Source of the DNA: Rhodanobacter sp.
GTDB taxonomy: Bacteria; Pseudomonadota; Gammaproteobacteria; Xanthomonadales; Rhodanobacteraceae
Direction of reading: 5' to 3'
DNA length: 60,102 bases
NCBI GenBank assembly: GCA_039935315.1
Contig: JBDTKM010000345.1
Location: 1 to 60,102, forward strand
In this document: positions 54,894 through 60,102 of the stretch, one piece after another
How the letters are laid out: every line of letters starts with the position of its first letter
Numbering within the stretch: the first letter of the stretch is position 1
Position numbers and translations under genes: made by a program
Notes under the pieces: generated by a model
What the model was told of the DNA's origin: nothing
What the model saw: the letters and a program-made list of their open reading frames with translations, nothing else
Database searches by the model: none

Positions 54894-57800
54894 TCAGGAG
54901 GCCGTCTGCGGACGTCCCAACGCTTTCACCCGCTGCTTCTCCGCCTTGCGTTCCTTGCGCGCCGTCTTGCGGATCTTGCGGTCGTAATTCCACAGATAGA
55001 TCGCCGGGGTGCTGAGCAGGGTCAGCAGTTGCGACACGAGCAGGCCACCCACGATGGCGATGCCCAGCGGCTGGCGCATCTCCGAGCCGATGCCGAAACC
55101 GATCGCCAGCGGCAGCGCCGCGCCCATCGCCACCAGGGTCGTCATGGTGATCGGACGGAACCGGACCAGCGCCGCCTCGCGGATTGCGTCCGGAGCTGAC
55201 ATGCCGTGCTCGCGTTCGCGCACCAGGGCGAAGTCGACCATCAGGATCGCGTTCTTCTTGACGATGCCGATCAACATCAGGATCGCGATGATCGCCATCA
55301 GCGAGAGCTGGGTCTGGGTCACCAGCATGGCGAGAAAGGCGCCCGCGCCGGCGGCGGGGAGGGTGGACAGGATGGTCAGCGGATGGCCGAGGCTTTCGTA
55401 AAGGATGCCAAGCACGATGTACATCGCCAGAATCGAACCGAGCAGCAGCACCATGCCGTTGGACTGTGCCTGCTCCAGGCGCTGGTTGGCGCCGGTGAAT
55501 TCCACCCTGACCCCGGGCGGCAGGTTCACCGCATAGGCGGCCTGATTGACCAGCGCGACGCCGCGATCCTGAGTCACGTCCTTGGCCAGGTTGTAGCTGA
55601 CCGTGACCGCCTGGAGCTGGTTGTGATGGCGCACCCGCAACGGCGTGATCGCCGGCTCCATCGTCGCCAGCGCGGACAGCGGAATCATCTGGCCCTGGTC
55701 GTTGCGCACGCGGATATTGAGCAACGATTGCGGGCTCTGGCTTTCGTCCGGGCTGCTGTTGAGCACCACCGCGTACTGGTTGATGTCGGAATAGATCTGC
55801 GACACCTGACGCTGACCGAACGCGCTGAACAGCGCGGTGTCGATCGCGCCCATGCTCACGTGCAAGCGTGCAGCGCGCTCGCGGTCGACCTGCAATTGCT
55901 GCTGCTTGCCGACCTGGTCGAACGGGCTGGTGACGTCGCGGAATTCCTTGACCGTGCGCAGCTGGCGCACCATCTTCAGCGCCCACGGCTGCAGGTCACC
56001 GCCCACCGTGCTGGTGAGCTGGAATTCGTACTGGCCGCCGTTGTCGCCGCTGCCGCCGCCACCGAGGAATTGCGCGGCACTGATGGAAACCTTCACGTCA
56101 GGCAGCCGATCGTATTCCTTCGACAGGCGTTCGATCACCACCTTGATGTTCTCTGGCCGTTCGCCCGGCCCATGGCCACGCGGCTTCAGATCGACGAACA
56201 TCTGCGCGCGGTTGCCCACCGCACCGTCACCACCGTTGCCACCGAGCATGGTCTGCAGGTCGAGTACCGCCGGGTCAGCCTGCATGATCTTCCCGACCTG
56301 CTGCGCGCGAGCCGCCATCACGCTTGGCGAGATATTGGCGTCGGCGCCGATGTCGACCTGCAGTTGACCGGTGTCTTCATCCGGCATGAAGGTGCCCCCA
56401 GCGGTCTTCACCACCGCCGCACCCAGCGCGACCGTCAACAGCAGCAACAACAGCGGCTGCCAGCGCATCAGGCGGCGATGGCGCATGGCCCAGTCCAGGG
56501 CTCGTTCGTAGTGACCAAGCAGGCCGCGGTCGAACCGCGCCAGCGCCCGCTCGAGCCGGCCGGGCGGAGGCGGCGGTACCGGCTCGTGCTTGAGCAGATA
56601 GCCACACAGTGCCGGGGTGAGGGTGAGCGAGACGATTGCCGAAATCACTACCGCGGCGGTCAGGGTCACCGAGAACTCGCGCAGCAGCATCACCAGCATG
56701 TTGTTGCCAAACAGCAGGGGCGCGAACACCGCCACCAGCGACAACGTGATCGAGATCACGGTGAAGCCGATCTCGCGCACCCCGGCCAGCGCCGCCGGCA
56801 GCGGCGCCATGCCTTGTTCCATGTGTCGCACGATGTTCTCGATCACCACGATCGCATCGTCCACCACGAAACCGATGCACAGCACCAGCGCCACCAGCGA
56901 CAACGTGTTGAGCGTGTAGCCGAGCATCCACATCACCACGAAGGCGCCGGCCAGCGACAGCGGCACGCTCAGCATCGCGATCATGGTCGGGCGCAGCCGG
57001 CGCAGGAACACCAGCATCACCAGTGCCACCATGGCGATCGAGATCAGCAAGGCGACCTTGACCTCGTGCAGCGCCGATTGGGTGGTCTGGGTAAGATCGA
57101 ACGCCGGCGTCATCCTGACATCCGAGGGCAACGAGGCCGCCAGTTGCGGCAGCCGCGCCCGGATCGCTGCCACCGTGGCCACCGCATTCGCCTGCGGCCG
57201 CTTGGTGATCTGCAGACCGACCGCGCGAGAACCATTGAACCAGGCCGCTTGATACTGATCTTGCTGGCCCGGGTAGACCGTAGCTACATCAGACAGGCGC
57301 ACCGGCGCGCCGTTGCGCTCGGCGATCAGCAGCTGCGCGAACTCGGCCGGTTCGCGCAGGCCGTCGTTGGCGCTCACGGTCATCTGGGTACGACCGTCAC
57401 TGAGGATGCCCTGCGGTGAGGTGACGTTGGCGGCGCGCAGCGCATTGGCCACGTCGTTCGCAGTGAGGTCCCTGGCCGCCAGCGCCCGGTTGTCCAGATC
57501 GATTCGCACCGCATGCGGGGTGCCGCCGAACACCTGCACCTGGGCCACCCCGTCGATCTGCGCCACAGCAGGCTTGAGCAGGGTGTCGGCCAGATCGAAC
57601 AGCTTGTCCTGCGGCATCCCGTTGGAGGTCAACGTGATGAACAGGATCGGGATCTGCGAGGTGTCGAACTTGAAGTACTGCGGTGGCGAGGGCATCCCCG
57701 AAGGCAGGTCCACCGCCGCCGCATTGATCGCCGCCTGCACGTCGCGCGCGGCACTGTCGGCGGTGCGGCTGAAGTTGAAACGCACGCTTATCCCGACCGA

Positions 57801-58061
57801 GCCCTCGCGGGCGTTGCCGTACATGTCCTCGACGCCGGGGATCTGGCCCAGGTGCCGCTCCAGCGGCGCCAACACCGTGTTGGCCATGGTCTGCGCACTG
57901 GCGCCGGGCATGCTCGCCGTCACGTAGACGCCGGGGAAATCCAGCGACGGCAACGCCGCCACGCCCAGCAACAGATAGGCCCACAGCCCGGCCAGGATGA
58001 GGCCGATCGCCAGCAGTGACGTACCCGCCGGGCGGCGGATCAGCGTGCCGAATACATTCAC
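54894..58061 (-). CDS. RND permease, MdtC-like
   Basis: FVVDDAIVVIENI, IGIVKKNAILMVDF and RFRPITMTT; GGAG RBS. Confidence 0.92.
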   Translation of the reverse strand: MNVFGTLIRRPAGTSLLAIGLILAGLWAYLLLGVAALPSLDFPGVYVTASMPGASAQTMANTVLAPLERHLGQIPGVEDMYGNAREGSVGISVRFNFSRTADSAARDVQAAINAAAVDLPSGMPSPPQYFKFDTSQIPILFITLTSNGMPQDKLFDLADTLLKPAVAQIDGVAQVQVFGGTPHAVRIDLDNRALAARDLTANDVANALRAANVTSPQGILSDGRTQMTVSANDGLREPAEFAQLLIAERNGAPVRLSDVATVYPGQQDQYQAAWFNGSRAVGLQITKRPQANAVATVAAIRARLPQLAASLPSDVRMTPAFDLTQTTQSALHEVKVALLISIAMVALVMLVFLRRLRPTMIAMLSVPLSLAGAFVVMWMLGYTLNTLSLVALVLCIGFVVDDAIVVIENIVRHMEQGMAPLPAALAGVREIGFTVISITLSLVAVFAPLLFGNNMLVMLLREFSVTLTAAVVISAIVSLTLTPALCGYLLKHEPVPPPPPGRLERALARFDRGLLGHYERALDWAMRHRRLMRWQPLLLLLLTVALGAAVVKTAGGTFMPDEDTGQLQVDIGADANISPSVMAARAQQVGKIMQADPAVLDLQTMLGGNGGDGAVGNRAQMFVDLKPRGHGPGERPENIKVVIERLSKEYDRLPDVKVSISAAQFLGGGGSGDNGGQYEFQLTSTVGGDLQPWALKMVRQLRTVKEFRDVTSPFDQVGKQQQLQVDRERAARLHVSMGAIDTALFSAFGQRQVSQIYSDINQYAVVLNSSPDESQSPQSLLNIRVRNDQGQMIPLSALATMEPAITPLRVRHHNQLQAVTVSYNLAKDVTQDRGVALVNQAAYAVNLPPGVRVEFTGANQRLEQAQSNGMVLLLGSILAMYIVLGILYESLGHPLTILSTLPAAGAGAFLAMLVTQTQLSLMAIIAILMLIGIVKKNAILMVDFALVREREHGMSAPDAIREAALVRFRPITMTTLVAMGAALPLAIGFGIGSEMRQPLGIAIVGGLLVSQLLTLLSTPAIYLWNYDRKIRKTARKERKAEKQRVKALGRPQTAS

Positions 58062-58383
58062 GCCGCAGCTCCGCGGCGGTCAGGCGCGCGTGATCGGGAG
58101 GGCAGCGGGGTGAAGGCTCGTTTCATGCCGACGTTATGCCAGCCGGCAGATGTGCGCGTATGTGCCTGAAGTACACACCGTGTCGGAAGGCAGGGGTGGC
58201 GACGATGCCGGCCGAGTCAGGGGAATGGCGTTGCAGACAGCTCGAACGCATCCGCAATGGTCGGCCTGGCGCTCGCTTCCTGGTCCGTGCGCAGCGGAGC
58301 AAGCCCGCGCCCGGCCACGGCACCGTCGCATCGTTTGGGCAACCAATGATGCGTCGCCCGCAGGCCCTGCTTCACCGCATCGA

Positions 58384-60102
58384 CTATTTCGGCAGCACCG
58401 GCATGGGCGGCGGCAACTGCGGCGGCAGCGCGCGCTGGCGTTTGATCTCGGCGCGCAGCTTTTTCTTGGCCGCTTTGCGCTCGCGATGGTCGTGCTGCCA
58501 CAGATAGATCGCCGGCGTGCTCAGCAGGGTCAGCAGCTGCGACACCAGCAGGCCGCCCAAGATCGCGATGCCCAGCGGCTGGCGCAGCTCCGAGCCGTAG
58601 CCGAACCCGATCGCCAACGGCAGTGCCGCGCCCATCGCCACCAGGGTGGTCATGGTGATCGGTCGGAAGCGCACCAGCGCGGCCTCGCGGATCGCCGCCG
58701 GTGGCGACAGCCCACGCTCGCGTTCGGCGACGAGGGCGAAATCGACCATCAGGATCGCGTTCTTCTTGACGATGCCGATCAGCATCAGCACGGCGATGAT
58801 CGACATCAAGGTGAGCTGGGTATGGGTGACCAGCATGGCCAGGAACGCGCCCATGCCTGCGGCCGGCAAGGTGGACAGGATGGTCAGCGGGTGGATCAGG
58901 CTCTCGTACAGCACGCCCAGCACCACGTACATCACCAGGATCACGGTCAGCAGCATCAGCAATGCATTGTTGAGCGCATCGAGCAGGTTCTTGTTTTCGC
59001 CGGTGTACTTCTTCTGCACACCGGTCGGCAGTTGCGCGGCAAAAATCGCCTGATCGACCAGCTTCAACCCCGCTGCGGGAGTAATGCCCTTGGCCAGGTT
59101 GTAGTTGAGCGCGGACGATTCGAGCTGGTTGAAGTGGCTCACCGTGGCCGGCGCCAGATGCGGTTCGATCTTCGCCAGCGCAGACAGCGGGACCATCTTG
59201 CCCTGGCTGCTCTGCACGTAGGTGTCGAGCAGGTCCTGCGGATTCAACGAGTCGCCACGATCGGTGGTGAGCACCACGCGGTACTGGTTGATGTCGGAGT
59301 AGATGGTCGACACCTGGCTCTGCCCGAACGCGTTGTACAGCGCCGAGTCGATCGCTGCCATGCTCACATGCAGGCGCGCGGCGATGTTGCGATCGACCTG
59401 CACCATCTGCTGCGTGCCGATGTCGTCGAAGCTGCTGGTGACGTCGGTGAACTGCTTCATTCCCCGCATCACGTGTTCCAGTCGCAGGGTGGGCTGCTGC
59501 AACGGTGTGCCATCGGTGCTGTCGAGCTGGAAGGAGAACCGGCCAGCGCCATCGCCGCCACCGCCACCACCACCACCGAAGAACTGCACGGCCGAAATCG
59601 ACACCGTCAGATCGCTGACGTCCTTGAAATGGGCGGTCAGGCGATCGACTACCTTCTGCACCTCGACGTGGCGATCAGCGGGCTTGTCGCCCATCGGCTT
59701 GAGGTCCACGAACAGGCTCGCGCCATTGGCGCCTTTGACGATGGTTGAGACATCGAGCACCGCCGGATCGGCCTGGAATACCGCCGCCACTTCGCGCACC
59801 CGCGTGGTCAGCCGGGTCGGCGAGATGTTCGGGCCGGCCGTGATCCGCGCCTGGACCAGCCCGGTGTCCTCTTTCGGCATCAGGCCACCCCCTGCCGTGA
59901 TGCCCACCAGCACCGCCAGCCCAACCGTCAACACCAGCAGGATCGCCGGTTGCCAGCGCATGATCCGGCGATGGCGCATGGCCCAGTCGAGCGAGCGTTC
60001 GTACAGGCCGAGCAAGCGGCGATCGAAGCGCTCAGCCCACTGTTCCACCCGCCCCGGCGTACGGGTTCCCTCCGGCTCGTGCACCAGGCCGCGCCCGCAC
60101 AG
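58384..60102 (-). CDS. Second MdtB/MdtC-like RND permease, 3' half; starts beyond the right edge
   Basis: YESLIHPLTILSTLP, IGIVKKNAILMVDF and RFRPITMTT; the frame appears open to the window end. Confidence 0.9.
   Translation of the reverse strand: MCGRGLVHEPEGTRTPGRVEQWAERFDRRLLGLYERSLDWAMRHRRIMRWQPAILLVLTVGLAVLVGITAGGGLMPKEDTGLVQARITAGPNISPTRLTTRVREVAAVFQADPAVLDVSTIVKGANGASLFVDLKPMGDKPADRHVEVQKVVDRLTAHFKDVSDLTVSISAVQFFGGGGGGGGDGAGRFSFQLDSTDGTPLQQPTLRLEHVMRGMKQFTDVTSSFDDIGTQQMVQVDRNIAARLHVSMAAIDSALYNAFGQSQVSTIYSDINQYRVVLTTDRGDSLNPQDLLDTYVQSSQGKMVPLSALAKIEPHLAPATVSHFNQLESSALNYNLAKGITPAAGLKLVDQAIFAAQLPTGVQKKYTGENKNLLDALNNALLMLLTVILVMYVVLGVLYESLIHPLTILSTLPAAGMGAFLAMLVTHTQLTLMSIIAVLMLIGIVKKNAILMVDFALVAERERGLSPPAAIREAALVRFRPITMTTLVAMGAALPLAIGFGYGSELRQPLGIAILGGLLVSQLLTLLSTPAIYLWQHDHRERKAAKKKLRAEIKRQRALPPQLPPPMPVLPK

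Overview
High-GC gammaproteobacterial chromosomal window. Gene content and style suggest Xanthomonadales/Rhodanobacteraceae (inference). In order: (1) 5' part of an alpha-2-macroglobulin gene, an alpha/beta hydrolase and a secreted trypsin-like protease; (2) a GlcNAc/chito-oligosaccharide locus (GH20, TonB receptor, Glk-family kinase, NagP-like MFS, LacI NagR-like regulator) with two TGACAACGTTGTCA-type operators; (3) a reduced-sulfur cluster: BigR/SqrR-like ArsR divergent from a 45-codon SQR-like stub, cytochrome b561, DUF302, DUF2892/YgaP-like, RND adaptor and permease, persulfide dioxygenase, DUF442 sulfurtransferase and TauE; (4) a TonB receptor and four exported amide/peptide hydrolases, with decayed gene fragments nearby; (5) exported DsrE, orphan ModA-like binding protein and tsdBA, downstream of an AraC gene; (6) emrRCAB; (7) an M16 peptidase pair; (8) DUF2239 plus MFS behind three repeated palindromes overlapping a near-consensus sigma70 promoter; (9) a type II TA pair, lipocalin, CsbD, GT1 glycosyltransferase and two tandem MdtC-like RND permeases. 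The best candidates for undescribed systems are the DUF2239 regulator/operator module, the sulfur-linked RND/YgaP/DUF302/b561 module with its deleted SQR, and the DsrE-SBP-TsdBA operon. No rRNA, tRNA, CRISPR array, integrase or transposase was recognised. Family calls come from motif recognition by eye, not database searches.
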